Shown: positions 37,381 through 47,734, counted from the first letter of the stretch. The stretch is DNA of 64,000 bases from Acidobacteriota bacterium (GCA_965209055.1 OZ242374.1:5440001-5504000); one strand, 5' to 3'. Notes: generated by a model from the letters alone, not told the origin. A program made the numbers and translations.

Positions 37381-38598
37381 TCAGAAGCTCCGGGCCGGGA
37401 CCATTTCATAGACCTTCTGGTGCAGGGCGATCTCGGCCTCTTCGAATCCTCCCCGGTGAATGACGAGGCGGTGGCGCAGATCCAGGGGCTGGCCCCGGGG
37501 CAGGTCCACGGGATGACGGCCGGGAAAGGCGACATTCTGCATCCCGTAGTGGCGCAGGAGCCATCTTGGCGGGAACTCGGGATAGCTGGGATGGGTCAGC
37601 ATTCCGAGGCCCGAAATCATGCCGCCCAGTCCGAACGTCCCGCTGTAATCGGCCCAGGGGCTGGACTCGCCGACCCGGTCCCCTGTCTGGATTCCCGACT
37701 GGTCGTGGATCCGGCCGTCCGGCGAGGCGTGGACCCGGACCGTGAAGCCGGAATATCCCCGTGGATTCTCCGAACCGCCGAGACGGATTCCATTCACCAG
37801 GGCCCGGAATCGAATGTGGAAGTCGATGACCTGGGAGTCCGGCGTGGATCGAAACACCTGGATCCGGACCCGCTCCCGGACCAGCGGAACCAATTCACCA
37901 GTGTCGTCCCTCTCTAGCGGGGAGGTCCAAAGTGCGGTCGCCTCCAGAACGGAGAACAGTGGTCCATTCAGGAATCGGACACTCTCCACTTCAGTCAGAA
38001 AGTCCTTCGTCAGCCATGGGTCGCCGGCCTTTTCGTCTCCGACCCAGAGCTGGTGCCAAGCCCAGAAGATCCCCCGGTGATGCAGATGGTCGCCGGGGAA
38101 GTCATGGGTCAGCACCCGTCCGTCGAGGCCGTACAGGGGATGAACGTAGCCGGCCCTCGCGTACCGTCCGTCCAGCGATCGGGGCGCCGACTGATAGAAG
38201 AGGACCGGGCGCTCTCCCTCGGAGACCAGGTATCCCTGGTCATCCGAGTCCATCCGGAAAGCCGGCGCGGCCTCTCCCGGATCCGGCTTGACCGAGTGAA
38301 TGCCGGCCGCGGGCAAATCGCCCATCAGCCACAGAATTCCGGTCTCAGGATCCGACTGAGCCGGCGTCCCGTTCGGGTTCGTCCCCGGTAGGGCAAAGAT
38401 ACGCCCCTGGGGAACCCGGCCCTCGAAGGCCGCCGCCACCGGGGAGGACCACCCTTCGGGAACGCCTTCGGGAACGCGGACTCTGGCGCCTGAGGGAAGC
38501 TCCTGACCCGGCCCAGCGCACCCGGCGAGCGGCCAGACCAGGAGAGCCAGCACGGCCACCCGCTTCAAACCCCGTCTCGGACTCTCGAATTCGCTCAT
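37381..38598 (-). CDS. DUF6807/'PmoA family' beta-sandwich lipoprotein (not a true pMMO)
   Basis: Lipobox LAGC, and motifs YVHPLYGLDGRVLT..FPGDHLHHRGIFWAW, YSGFTVR and LRHRLVIHRG. Confidence 0.75.
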   Translation of the reverse strand: MSEFESPRRGLKRVAVLALLVWPLAGCAGPGQELPSGARVRVPEGVPEGWSSPVAAAFEGRVPQGRIFALPGTNPNGTPAQSDPETGILWLMGDLPAAGIHSVKPDPGEAAPAFRMDSDDQGYLVSEGERPVLFYQSAPRSLDGRYARAGYVHPLYGLDGRVLTHDFPGDHLHHRGIFWAWHQLWVGDEKAGDPWLTKDFLTEVESVRFLNGPLFSVLEATALWTSPLERDDTGELVPLVRERVRIQVFRSTPDSQVIDFHIRFRALVNGIRLGGSENPRGYSGFTVRVHASPDGRIHDQSGIQTGDRVGESSPWADYSGTFGLGGMISGLGMLTHPSYPEFPPRWLLRHYGMQNVAFPGRHPVDLPRGQPLDLRHRLVIHRGGFEEAEIALHQKVYEMVPARSF

Positions 38599-38746
38599 GA
38601 CGATTGCAACGGTATCTGTCCCGGCCTGCGGCGGCAAGACCGGCCCCGGCACTTCCCAATGAATCTTCTCCTCTGAGAGAATAGGCGCCCTCAAACGTGG
38701 TCGAAGGAACACCAATCGTAATTTCCCTGGGGAAGAGATCGAGAGC

Positions 38747-39799
38747 ATGAGCAACGAGAATTCCTTGATTCGAGTCGGCCTCGTCGGGGCCGGCGCCAAC
38801 ACACGCAGAAAACACATTCCCGGGTTCCAGGCCTGCCCCGGCGTGGAAGTCGTGACGGTAGCCAATCGGAGTCTCGAGTCCTCCCGAAGCGTGGCTCAAG
38901 ACTTCGGCATCCCCAGGACCAGCGATTCCTGGCAGGAAGTGGTTCGGGACCCGGAGGTGGACGCCGTCTGCATCGGCACCTGGCCCTACCTGCACCGGGA
39001 GGTCACCTGCGCCGCATTGGAGGCGGGAAAGCATGTCCTCTGCGAGGCCCGCATGGCCATGGACCTGGGCGATGCCCGGGCCATGCTCCAGGCTTCCCGT
39101 GAGCATCCCGAACAGGTGGCCCAAGTGGTTCCCACGCCCCTGGGCCTGCCTTACCACCGGGCCGTCCGGGAGTTCATCGACTCCGGCGGGCTGGGGAGAA
39201 TGCTCGCCGTGGAGGTCCGGGACGTCTTCTCCGATCTGCTCCAACCGGACGCGCCGTTGAGATGGAGACAGCGCCTGGAGCTGGCCGGATACAACTACGT
39301 GACCCTGGGGCAGTGGTGGGAGACGCTGCTTCTATGGGTCGGACCCGTTTCCTGGCTGGACGCGGCAGGCCGGATCGTTGTCGCCTCCAAGGACGACCCG
39401 GAAACCGGGGAAACGGTGCAGGTTCAGCTTCCGGACCATATCACCGTCCTGGCGGAATTCGAGAACGGGGCCGTGGGCACCATTCTGTCCAGCGCCGTGA
39501 CCGGCAATGTGCCGGAGTCGACGCTGCTCGTGCACGGTGACCGGGGCACTCTGAAATACGACGCCCTGACGGATACCCTCTGGTGGAGCGAAGGCCACAG
39601 TGGCAGCTACTCAAAGATGCCCGTGGACCCGGATCTGGTCGGCGGTTGGAGAGCCGAAGAGGAATTCATCAACGCGGTGAGGGGCCGGGAGCGAGTCCGT
39701 TACATCGATTTCGCGACCGGAGTCCGCTACATGGAGCTGAGCCAGGCCGCGCACGTCAGTTGGGCCGAAGGACGGCGGGTCAGCCTTCCCCTGCCCTGA
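38747..39799 (+). CDS. Gfo/Idh/MocA-family oxidoreductase
   Basis: Motifs RVGLVGAG, DPEVDAVCIGTWPYLH and GKHVLCEARMA. Confidence 0.9.
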   Translation: MSNENSLIRVGLVGAGANTRRKHIPGFQACPGVEVVTVANRSLESSRSVAQDFGIPRTSDSWQEVVRDPEVDAVCIGTWPYLHREVTCAALEAGKHVLCEARMAMDLGDARAMLQASREHPEQVAQVVPTPLGLPYHRAVREFIDSGGLGRMLAVEVRDVFSDLLQPDAPLRWRQRLELAGYNYVTLGQWWETLLLWVGPVSWLDAAGRIVVASKDDPETGETVQVQLPDHITVLAEFENGAVGTILSSAVTGNVPESTLLVHGDRGTLKYDALTDTLWWSEGHSGSYSKMPVDPDLVGGWRAEEEFINAVRGRERVRYIDFATGVRYMELSQAAHVSWAEGRRVSLPLP

Positions 39800-39808
39800 T
39801 TTCCGGTT

Positions 39809-41074
39809 TCACGCCCGGGTCAACTCCCGAAGTACTGAGAGGGTGCGGTCGATCTCGGCTCGAGTATTGAAGAAGTGGGTGGCGATCCGGACCGCGTCGT
39901 GTCCGTCCCGGACATGGTCGTCCACCCCGATGCCCCGTTCCTGAAGTCCAGCCCTCAGCTTCATCCCGCCATGTCCCGGAACCTCGAAGATGGTGATGCC
40001 CGGTGAGGACAGACCGGGCGACCGGGAACTGATCAATCGGACGGGGGACAGACTGGCCAGCCGGTCTTTCAGCATGTCGGCCAACCCGCGGTTTCGTGCC
40101 CCGATCCGTTCCAGGCCGATTTTCCGGAGAAAAGCGATGGCGTCGCCGAGGCTGGCGCGGACCGAATACCCGAAAGTTCCGGGCATCTGAAAGCGGCGGG
40201 CGTCCGCGGGCTCCTCCAACGCGAGCCCGGGAGAGAATTCGCCCTGGACGTCCCGCCGGACATAGAGCACGCCGGTTCCCGCCGGCGCCAGAACCCACTT
40301 GTGAAGGCTGGCCGCAAAGAAGTCGCACCCCAGATCCCGGAGATCGACCGGCATCATCCCCACCGCCTGGGCTCCGTCCACGGCCGAGAGGACCCCCCTC
40401 TCCCGGGCCAACGCGCAGAGTTCCTTGACCGGATTGAGCAGGCCGCCGCGCGTGACCTGGCAGAAGAACAGGGCCCGGGTCCTGGGCGTGAAGCGCGCGC
40501 TGATCCGCTCCAGGATCTCTTCCTTGGACGGAAGAGGACTGGGCATGGGGATCTCGTGCACCACGATCCCTTCCCTTTGGGCCCGGCGCCTCCAGGGCCG
40601 AATCCCGGCCGGGTGCTCGTGGCTCGTGGTCACCACCTCGTCTCCCCGTTTCAGGGGAATCCCTGCGGCGATGCTCTGCAGACCCTGGCTGGCGTTCTGG
40701 GTGATGGCCACTTCCCGGGAATCCACCCCGAGAAACCCGGCCAGAGAGGGACGGACCTGTTCGATGATCCGGTGGCTCAGACGTTCCTTGGCGCCCACCG
40801 GGTCTGTGGCCATGGACCGCCGGTTCCGGGTCAGAGCGTCCACCACCGGCGCCGGAGGGACGCCGATACTGGCGCAGTTCAGGTAGATCGCGCCCGGCTT
40901 CAACAGGAACTGCTTCCGGACGCGGGACCAGTCCGGTTCGGCATCGCTCCGAGGTTCGCCGCCGGCCAGCACCGAACTCCCGGCCAGCACCGCCACCGTC
41001 CCTTCCAGGAATCGTCTGCGGCTGGCGGTGCCCGTTCGAGCCGAACCCCGTTCCTTGCCCACTCGCACCTCCAT
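39809..41074 (-). CDS. Tat-exported class V aminotransferase / isopenicillin-N-epimerase-like PLP enzyme
   Basis: SRRRFL Tat motif, plus YLNCASIG, VDGAQAVG, DFFAASLHKW (PLP Lys) and RIATHFFN. Confidence 0.88.
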   Translation of the reverse strand: MEVRVGKERGSARTGTASRRRFLEGTVAVLAGSSVLAGGEPRSDAEPDWSRVRKQFLLKPGAIYLNCASIGVPPAPVVDALTRNRRSMATDPVGAKERLSHRIIEQVRPSLAGFLGVDSREVAITQNASQGLQSIAAGIPLKRGDEVVTTSHEHPAGIRPWRRRAQREGIVVHEIPMPSPLPSKEEILERISARFTPRTRALFFCQVTRGGLLNPVKELCALARERGVLSAVDGAQAVGMMPVDLRDLGCDFFAASLHKWVLAPAGTGVLYVRRDVQGEFSPGLALEEPADARRFQMPGTFGYSVRASLGDAIAFLRKIGLERIGARNRGLADMLKDRLASLSPVRLISSRSPGLSSPGITIFEVPGHGGMKLRAGLQERGIGVDDHVRDGHDAVRIATHFFNTRAEIDRTLSVLRELTRA

Positions 41075-41100
41075 CGATCGGAAAGAACCGATTCGGACGC

Positions 41101-41523
41101 TCAGGTCTCGACCTTCAGGAGCTTGATCTCCAGGACTTCCCGGTTCAGTTCCAGGAACTTCACCTCGATCTGGAAGCCCGGCTTCAGGTCCTGCCACGAC
41201 GCCTTCTTCTTGCCCAGTGCTTTCCGGACCTTCCTGGAGGTCTTCACCTTGGCGCTCTCGGGGAAAAAGAGCGCGAAGGAAGTGCCCTCCTTGCGGTCCA
41301 GCACGGTGAGACTCATCCGTTCGTGGCTGATCCCGATCAACATGCCCTTGACCGTGCGGGTGGGATTGAAATCGGAGCGACGCTCAGCCCGGTAGGGCGG
41401 AGGGACCGGCGAGCCCACATCCTGGGCCAGGACCCACTCCGAGCCGGAGGAGACCAGGCACAGGCAGGCGCCGGCGGCAAGCTGCCACCACCGGAAATTA
41501 CCAGTAAGCCATCGCATCTTCAT
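41101..41523 (-). CDS. Small secreted hypothetical protein (OB-fold-like, Lys-rich)
   Basis: Signal-like N-terminus and WQDLKPGFQIEVKF. Sits between co-oriented genes. Confidence 0.6.
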   Translation of the reverse strand: MKMRWLTGNFRWWQLAAGACLCLVSSGSEWVLAQDVGSPVPPPYRAERRSDFNPTRTVKGMLIGISHERMSLTVLDRKEGTSFALFFPESAKVKTSRKVRKALGKKKASWQDLKPGFQIEVKFLELNREVLEIKLLKVET

Positions 41524-42775
41524 ACATTCGGGCCAGTTCCTCCTCGCCGGCGGGGCGAGGAGAGAGTTTCGTCACTCGGTGTTGAGGCAGCGTTCCCTGC
41601 ACCAACCCGGGGATGTCCTCTGAATCATACCCGATTTCGGCGAGACCGCTGGGCATCTTCAGCCGCCGCATCATCCGGATGATGGCAGCCGCCAGAATTT
41701 CTCCCCCGTCCTCCTCCCTGGCGCCGGAAGTACGCGCACCCAGGATCCGGGCGGCTTCCAGGTGGCGTCCGGGACAGGCGGGGGCGGTGAAGCGGAACAC
41801 TGCCGGAGCATTCAGGATCACGGACATCCCGTGGGGAACCATGGGATGCCCGGGTCCGTACCCCTCCGGGCGGAAGCTCTTGACCATTCCCGAGACCGGG
41901 TACGACATGCCGTGGGGCAGATGCACCCCGGCATTTCCGAATCCGATGCCGGCGTAGGCGGCCGCCAGCAGCATCTGGGAACGCGCTTCCTCGTCCCCGG
42001 GATCCTCGACGGCGCGGACCAGGTAGCGGGAAACGATCTCGAGGCTCTGTCGGGCCCAGATGTCGCTGATGGGATTGGAGCCCTGGTAGGCAGGCCTCTC
42101 CACCGGACGCGGCGGAAGAGGGCGCCGGCCGAAAGGGATGGCCGTGAACGATTCGAGAGCGTGGCTCAGGACGTCCAGACCCGTGGAAGCGGCCACCACC
42201 GCTGGCAGCGTCCTGGTGTTCTCGGGATCGATGATGCCCAGCGTGGGCCTCAGCCGCCGGTGCGCGATCCCGGTCTTGGCCTTCATGCCATGCAGATCGA
42301 AGATGGCCACTCCGGTGGTCTCGCTCCCGGTCCCGGCCGTGGTGGGAATGGCGATCAAGGGCTTGAGCGGACCCGGAACCGGCGTTCCCCGCCCGATGGG
42401 ATGGTTCACATATTCCAGAAAGTCCGCGGGATAGGTGGAGTAGAGGTTGGCCGCCTTGGCCGTGTCCATGGTGGAACCGCCGCCCACGGCGACGAAGGCG
42501 TCGAATCCACCATCGGTGGCGAAGTCTATGGCCTGTTGAAACGATCCGTCGGTGGGCTCCACGCGGACCGCGTCGAAAAGAGAGAAGTCCACGTTCTCGC
42601 GTGAGAGGGATTCCAGGGCCGACTCGACGGGAGGACTCTCCACCAGGTTCGGGTCCGCGAGCACCATGACCCGCCGGGCGCCGAGATCGGCCAGATCCAT
42701 CCCCACTTCCCGGGTGGCCCCGGACCCGAAGCGGATGTTGGACGCCGACATCTCGAACGCGAAATCCCGCTCCAT
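41498..42775 (-). CDS. Hydroxyacid-oxoacid transhydrogenase (HOT/ADHFE1-like iron-containing alcohol dehydrogenase)
   Basis: Motifs AVGGGSTMDTAK, PTTAGTGSETT, DVLSHALES, YQGSNPISD, GFGNAGVHLPHGMSYPVSG and PHGMSV. Confidence 0.9.
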   Translation of the reverse strand: MERDFAFEMSASNIRFGSGATREVGMDLADLGARRVMVLADPNLVESPPVESALESLSRENVDFSLFDAVRVEPTDGSFQQAIDFATDGGFDAFVAVGGGSTMDTAKAANLYSTYPADFLEYVNHPIGRGTPVPGPLKPLIAIPTTAGTGSETTGVAIFDLHGMKAKTGIAHRRLRPTLGIIDPENTRTLPAVVAASTGLDVLSHALESFTAIPFGRRPLPPRPVERPAYQGSNPISDIWARQSLEIVSRYLVRAVEDPGDEEARSQMLLAAAYAGIGFGNAGVHLPHGMSYPVSGMVKSFRPEGYGPGHPMVPHGMSVILNAPAVFRFTAPACPGRHLEAARILGARTSGAREEDGGEILAAAIIRMMRRLKMPSGLAEIGYDSEDIPGLVQGTLPQHRVTKLSPRPAGEEELARMYEDAMAYW

Positions 42776-42938
42776 GAAGTCTGTCTCTCGAGACGCTCCA
42801 GCCGGTCGATGAGGCGGGAGAAACCGCCTCGACACACCTGCGGTATGGTACTTGAAGGGTCGGAAAAGGCGCAAATTCGGGGCCGATTCCCCACTTCCGG
42901 GAACCCTGACAGCCCGTGGCAAAAGTCACCACGGACGG

Positions 42939-42967
42939 TTGACACCCTCCTGCTCCAAACCTACAAT
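42939..42967 (+). promoter_or_regulatory. Sigma70 promoter TTGACA-17-TACAAT
   Basis: Near-consensus hexamers with a 17-nt spacer, followed by an AGGAGG RBS and the ATG at 42992. Confidence 0.75.
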
Positions 42968-42991
42968 CCGGCTTCCCAGGAGGACCGACTG

Positions 42992-43924
42992 ATGGAATAC
43001 CGACGCTACGGCAGCACTGAACTTCGAGTGAGCCAGATCGCCTTCGGCGGAGCCACGTTCGGCCGGGAGATCGACGGGCCCACCGCCTGGCGCCTCATGG
43101 ACCGGGCTCTGGAGCGGGGAATCAACCTGATTGACACGGCCGAGGCGTACAGCAACCGCGAATCGGAACGCATCATCGGCCGCTGGCTCGCCGAACGGAA
43201 GAACCGCCAGGAGATCGTCCTGGCCACCAAGTGCTACGGGAAGCTGGACGCAGGTATCATCACCGAGAAGATCGACCAGAGTCTCCAATGCCTGCAGACC
43301 GACTGGATCGACCTCTTTCAGATCCACCACTTTCCCCACGATGGGGATCCCTTGGACGAGATCCTGGAGAGCCTGGACCGGGCCGTTCAAGCGGGGAAGG
43401 TCCGCCACCTGGGACTGAGCAACTGCGGTGCATGGCAATTCTGCAAGGCGCTCTGGCGCCAGGACCGGAGCGGATGGGCACGGTTCGAATCGATGCAGCC
43501 TTCCTACAGCCTGGTCGAACGCACCATCGAAGCCGAGATGATTCCCCTGTGCAAGGACCAGGACGTGGCCATCATTTCCTACGCCCCCATCGCCTCGGGA
43601 TTCCTGGCCGGCAAGTACTCCAAGGGAGGCCCCATCCCCTCCGGCACCCGGTTCGACGTGGCTCCCGGCCACCAGGACGTCTTCTTCAGCAATCGGAACT
43701 TCGCCTGTGTGGACCGGATCAAGGCCATCGCCGCGGAGGCGGGACGCTCACTGGTGGACCTGGCGCTGGCCTGGGCCATTTTTCAGCCCGACATCACCTG
43801 CGTTCTCATCGGGGGGAGAAAGAACTCCCATGTGGATCAGGCCTTCGAGACCCTGGAGCGAGGCCTGGACCCGGAGTTGAGGGAGCGCCTGGACCAGGCA
43901 TCCCAGCCCGATACCTTCGGTTGA
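42992..43924 (+). CDS. Aldo/keto reductase
   Basis: Motifs GINLIDTAEAY, VLATK, DWIDLFQIH, GKVRHLGLSN and YAPIASGFL. Confidence 0.93.
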   Translation: MEYRRYGSTELRVSQIAFGGATFGREIDGPTAWRLMDRALERGINLIDTAEAYSNRESERIIGRWLAERKNRQEIVLATKCYGKLDAGIITEKIDQSLQCLQTDWIDLFQIHHFPHDGDPLDEILESLDRAVQAGKVRHLGLSNCGAWQFCKALWRQDRSGWARFESMQPSYSLVERTIEAEMIPLCKDQDVAIISYAPIASGFLAGKYSKGGPIPSGTRFDVAPGHQDVFFSNRNFACVDRIKAIAAEAGRSLVDLALAWAIFQPDITCVLIGGRKNSHVDQAFETLERGLDPELRERLDQASQPDTFG

Positions 43925-43964
43925 CCGGCCCGCCGGGTTCGGCCTCCGGCGCCAGCCACGGCGA

Positions 43965-44525
43965 TCAGCGAACCAACTTCTTAACGTGCTCGTGGAGCAG
44001 GTCGGCCGTGTACTCCAGGCCGAAGTCCAAATGGTGACCCTGCATCCAGACCGTCGGCTCCGGACCGCTCCGATGCCAGGCGAGGTGCGGCTTGTAGAGG
44101 ATGTAGATGTTCCAAGCCGACTTGTCGTCGGGATACTGGAGCTTCTTGTTGTAGTGTTGGCGGCCGAAGTTCCAAAGGTCCCAGAAATGTTCCGCGCGCG
44201 GGTCCCGGAGATAGGCGGCGGCCTGTAGCGCCGCTCTCCTGGAATCCCTTCCCAGGATGGGCGCCCAGAGGATCAGGACCTTGATTCTGGCAGTGGGTTC
44301 CTTGCTGAGAATGTTCTGGATGTCGGCCGCTCCCCGGAGGCAGTGGCCGCACGTGGGAGAGAAGACCGTGACCAGCCGGGTCCGGTCGGAGGCGGCGTTG
44401 AAGACGTTCACGAACTCCCGCCCGTCGGGGGAGACGGAGGTGATTCCGGGGCTGGGACCCTGCAGCGCGACAGCGGCGCTGACCAGGATAGGGACCAGAA
44501 TGAGGGACAGCAGAAGTCTTCTCAT
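43965..44525 (-). CDS. Secreted thioredoxin-like CxxC protein
   Basis: Signal peptide, FNAASDRTRLVTVFSPTCGHC, WAPIL, DPRAEHFWD and AWNIYILY. Confidence 0.7.
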   Translation of the reverse strand: MRRLLLSLILVPILVSAAVALQGPSPGITSVSPDGREFVNVFNAASDRTRLVTVFSPTCGHCLRGAADIQNILSKEPTARIKVLILWAPILGRDSRRAALQAAAYLRDPRAEHFWDLWNFGRQHYNKKLQYPDDKSAWNIYILYKPHLAWHRSGPEPTVWMQGHHLDFGLEYTADLLHEHVKKLVR

Positions 44526-44584
44526 AACCGTTGCAGGGTAATGAATCGGGCGTTCGGCTGGCAAGTGCCCATGGGATCCCGGAA

Positions 44585-45751
44585 TCATCGCGCGCCCTCC
44601 CGGGACCGGATCCTGATGGCCGCCTCCTCCGCCTCCTGCAGGACCCTCAGCGTGTTCTCACCCAGGATCAAACGGATCTGGCTTTCGTCGTAGCCCCTCT
44701 CCAGCAGCTCCCGGGTGATCTTGGGGAGATAGCTCACGTCCTCCATTCCCGTGGGCATGTCCGCACCGTCGAAATCGGATCCGAGACCCACATGGCGGAT
44801 TCCCGCCACCTGGACGGCGTGATCGATGTGGTCCACGATCCTCTCCCAATTCACCGGAGGGATCGGCTCCCGCTCCGTTTCCGCCTCCCCATCTGCGGCA
44901 GCCTCCTGGATCGAGGCCTCCCGGGCCGCATGATGCTCCACGTCCAGAAAATAGTCCACGAAGGTGATCTGGATCACACCGCCCTGCTTGGCCAGGGCCC
45001 GGATCATCTCGTCGTTCATGTTCCGGGGATGATTCGACAGATCCCGGCAGGAGGAGTGACTTGCGATGACGGGTGCTTCAGTGACTTCCAGAACGTCCCA
45101 GAAGGTCTCGTCCGAGACATGGGAGACGTCTATGATCACACCCAGGCGGTTCAGCTCCCGCACCACGCTTCGGCCCAGATCGTTCAGTCCTCCGTTGACG
45201 CGCGAATCGGCCACCGAATCGGCCCAGTCGGTGTTCACGTTGTGGGTCAACGTCAGATAGCGGACCCCCAGCCGGGCATACATCCGGAGGATGGGGAGGC
45301 TGTTGTGGATCATATGCCCCCCCTCCATTCCCATCAGCACCGCGATCTTGCCCGTTCGTTGAACCCGGCGCACATCGGAGGCGCTGGTGCAGAACTCCAG
45401 GGAATCCCCGTGCATCTCCACCAGGCGATGAACCGAGGCAATGGTTTTCAGCGAATCGCTGACAGCCTTGGGACCGGTGACGGTCCCGGGCATGTAAATG
45501 GAGAAGAAGGCCCCGTCGAGTCCTCCTCGCTTGAGCCGGGGAAGGTCCACGTGCCCCATGTCGTTTTCCCGGCCAAAGTCATAGTTCGGGTCCTTCATCC
45601 GCAACGGGGTGTCGAGGTGCGTGTCCAGCACCAGCGAAGAAAAATGCAGCCGGCGCGCCCTGGCGTCGCCGTCGCCGCCGACACCCACGGCCAGCCAGGC
45701 GCTGGCTGCCGCCATGACCGCGAGGGCCAATAAGAGATTCCATTGCTTCAT
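44585..45751 (-). CDS. Membrane dipeptidase (peptidase M19)
   Basis: Motifs DTHLD, GMEGGH, LTLTH, DVSHVS, ASHSS, RNMND, HVGLGSDFDG and LGENTLRV. Confidence 0.93.
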   Translation of the reverse strand: MKQWNLLLALAVMAAASAWLAVGVGGDGDARARRLHFSSLVLDTHLDTPLRMKDPNYDFGRENDMGHVDLPRLKRGGLDGAFFSIYMPGTVTGPKAVSDSLKTIASVHRLVEMHGDSLEFCTSASDVRRVQRTGKIAVLMGMEGGHMIHNSLPILRMYARLGVRYLTLTHNVNTDWADSVADSRVNGGLNDLGRSVVRELNRLGVIIDVSHVSDETFWDVLEVTEAPVIASHSSCRDLSNHPRNMNDEMIRALAKQGGVIQITFVDYFLDVEHHAAREASIQEAAADGEAETEREPIPPVNWERIVDHIDHAVQVAGIRHVGLGSDFDGADMPTGMEDVSYLPKITRELLERGYDESQIRLILGENTLRVLQEAEEAAIRIRSREGAR

Positions 45752-45845
45752 GGTTGCTCCTGGTTTTTCGTTTCGCCCGAGAGTATACACGCGGGAAAGG
45801 AACCAGGACCCCGCATGGGCCACCCGATTGGCGGCCCTCGACTCG

Positions 45846-46505
45846 CTACATTGTCAAACCTGGGGAATCCTTCCACCGAGGGCAGACCCGGCCGCCGGGG
45901 AGAATGCATGCCGGGTGGGGCGGGTCCGGCGTCATCCCGAAGCGGCCCAGGAGCCGGGCCAGTTCACAGAGCGGAAGGCCGACGATGTTGAGATAGCATC
46001 CGGAAAAGGACTCCACCAACCCGGCTCCGGCCGTCTGAATCCCGTAGGCGCCCGCCTTGTCCAGCGAATCGCCTGTGTCCAGATAGCGACTCAGGACGGA
46101 TTGGCCGAATCGGTGCATGCGCACTCGGGAAGTGACCACCACCGACTCTTCCCTTCCCGTTGGAGCCTCCAGCACCGCAGCGGCCGTCATCACATCGTGG
46201 GTCCGGCCCCGGAGCGCCAAGAGCATCTGCCGTGCGTCATCGCGATGGGACGGTTTGCCCAGGACCCTGCCGTCCAGGCACACCAGAGTGTCACATCCGA
46301 TGACGACGCCCCGGCGCACGCCGGAAGCAACACTTCGCGCCTTCATCCGGGCCAGCTTGACAGCCAGCGCCCTTGGTTCGGGAGCCTCGATCCCGTCCTC
46401 ATCGAGACCGCTCTCGCAAAAGACACAGGGAAACCCCAGCCGGGCGATCAACTCCCGGCGCCGGGGAGAGGCCGAGGCCAGGATCAGAGTCGGCTCACCG
46501 GACAT
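45846..46505 (-). CDS. maf: Maf-family nucleoside triphosphate pyrophosphatase
   Basis: Motifs LILASASPRRRELI, LARMKA, IGCDT, LGKP, DKAGAYGIQ and NIVGLP. Confidence 0.92.
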   Translation of the reverse strand: MSGEPTLILASASPRRRELIARLGFPCVFCESGLDEDGIEAPEPRALAVKLARMKARSVASGVRRGVVIGCDTLVCLDGRVLGKPSHRDDARQMLLALRGRTHDVMTAAAVLEAPTGREESVVVTSRVRMHRFGQSVLSRYLDTGDSLDKAGAYGIQTAGAGLVESFSGCYLNIVGLPLCELARLLGRFGMTPDPPHPACILPGGRVCPRWKDSPGLTM

Positions 46506-46593
46506 GACTCCACCGTCCGTGAATCGTGGTGAGCGACCTGGTGATCCTCTCCGCGTGAGTCGACCGGAACGGCGCTCCCCCGGTCCGCATTTC

Positions 46594-47604
46594 TCACCGG
46601 GCGGTCTGACCCCGCCGCAACGCGCGCTGCAGAGTCCTGGGCTCGTCCGGGTAGAGAGAGGCCACGTATTTTTCGTAACCGTTGAACAAAGGAGTGGGGA
46701 ACTCGTCGCCGCTGTCGAGCCAGTGCGAACGGTTCTGCGGCCACCGGGGATGGGGAATGTAGGGATTGACGTTGGACAGAAAGCCGTATTCATGCTCCTG
46801 GATCTGCCAGAAGATCTTGGGCTGCTTCTTGACCAATTCGATCTTCACGATGGACTTTGGACTCTTGTAGCCGTATTTCCAGGGGACGACGAGCCTCACC
46901 GGGGCGCCGTGCTGCTTCAGGAGCGGTTCTCCGTACACTCCGGTCGCCAGCATCGTCAGCTCGTTCATGGCCTCGTCCATGCGCAGGGCCTCGTGGTACG
47001 GCCACGGATAGAGGCGGGCCTGCCGGACTCCGGGCATCTGACTGGGCTTCAAGGCGCTCAGAAAGCGGACGAAGCGGGCGGACGCCTTGGGTTTCACGCG
47101 GTCCAGGAGCTTGCTCAGGGGAAATCCGCTCCAGGGGACATTCATGGCCCAACGTTCCACGCAACGGAAGTGATAGACCCTTTCCTCGTGCTCGAACCCG
47201 AAGAGGTCGTCCAGATCCAGAGTCTGAGGCTCGTGGCATTCGCCGCTGACCACGACCTTCCACGGATCCACTTTGAAGTCCTCGATATGCTCCCAGACCG
47301 GCCCGCCGCGCCCCGGAAGGAATTCGTAAAAATTGTTGTGCACGGCGGCGGTCGCCCGGGGAGTCATGCGGGGGTCGACTCCCGCCGGGAGCGTGTAGGC
47401 CGAATTGCGCTCCGTCGGAAAGACGTCGGGCCGCTTGAAGGGAGCCTCCAGCATTTCCTTCGGCGCCGCCGCTTTTCCGCAGAGCAGGTTGCCGGCAGCC
47501 AATGCGCCGATGGAGAGCCCTCCCAGAAACCGGCGCCTGGAGAAGAAGACCTGGGGCTCGGTGACGGGGTGGGATGAGATGCCGGCGATGGAATTCTTGT
47601 ACAT
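46594..47604 (-). CDS. msrP: Protein-methionine-sulfoxide reductase catalytic (molybdopterin) subunit
   Basis: Tat motif SRRRFL, plus NNFYEF, FRCVERW, EALRMDEAMNEL, GAPVRLVVPWKYGYKSPKSI, NVNP..PHPRW and FNGY. Confidence 0.93.
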   Translation of the reverse strand: MYKNSIAGISSHPVTEPQVFFSRRRFLGGLSIGALAAGNLLCGKAAAPKEMLEAPFKRPDVFPTERNSAYTLPAGVDPRMTPRATAAVHNNFYEFLPGRGGPVWEHIEDFKVDPWKVVVSGECHEPQTLDLDDLFGFEHEERVYHFRCVERWAMNVPWSGFPLSKLLDRVKPKASARFVRFLSALKPSQMPGVRQARLYPWPYHEALRMDEAMNELTMLATGVYGEPLLKQHGAPVRLVVPWKYGYKSPKSIVKIELVKKQPKIFWQIQEHEYGFLSNVNPYIPHPRWPQNRSHWLDSGDEFPTPLFNGYEKYVASLYPDEPRTLQRALRRGQTAR

Positions 47605-47734
47605 GGAGCCTCCTCAGTCGCTCATTTCAAGATATCAAAGATGATCGGTCAGGCGCGCCCCTTGTGGGCGCCCTTCTTGGTCCAGGACAGAAGCTCCCCC
47701 ACCGGCCCGGCGGACGCCCGGTAGAAAAAGGATA

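Noticed and set aside
37381-38598. 'PmoA' label suggesting methane oxidation
   Set aside because: It is a soluble DUF6807-type lipoprotein, with no pmoCAB membrane subunits.
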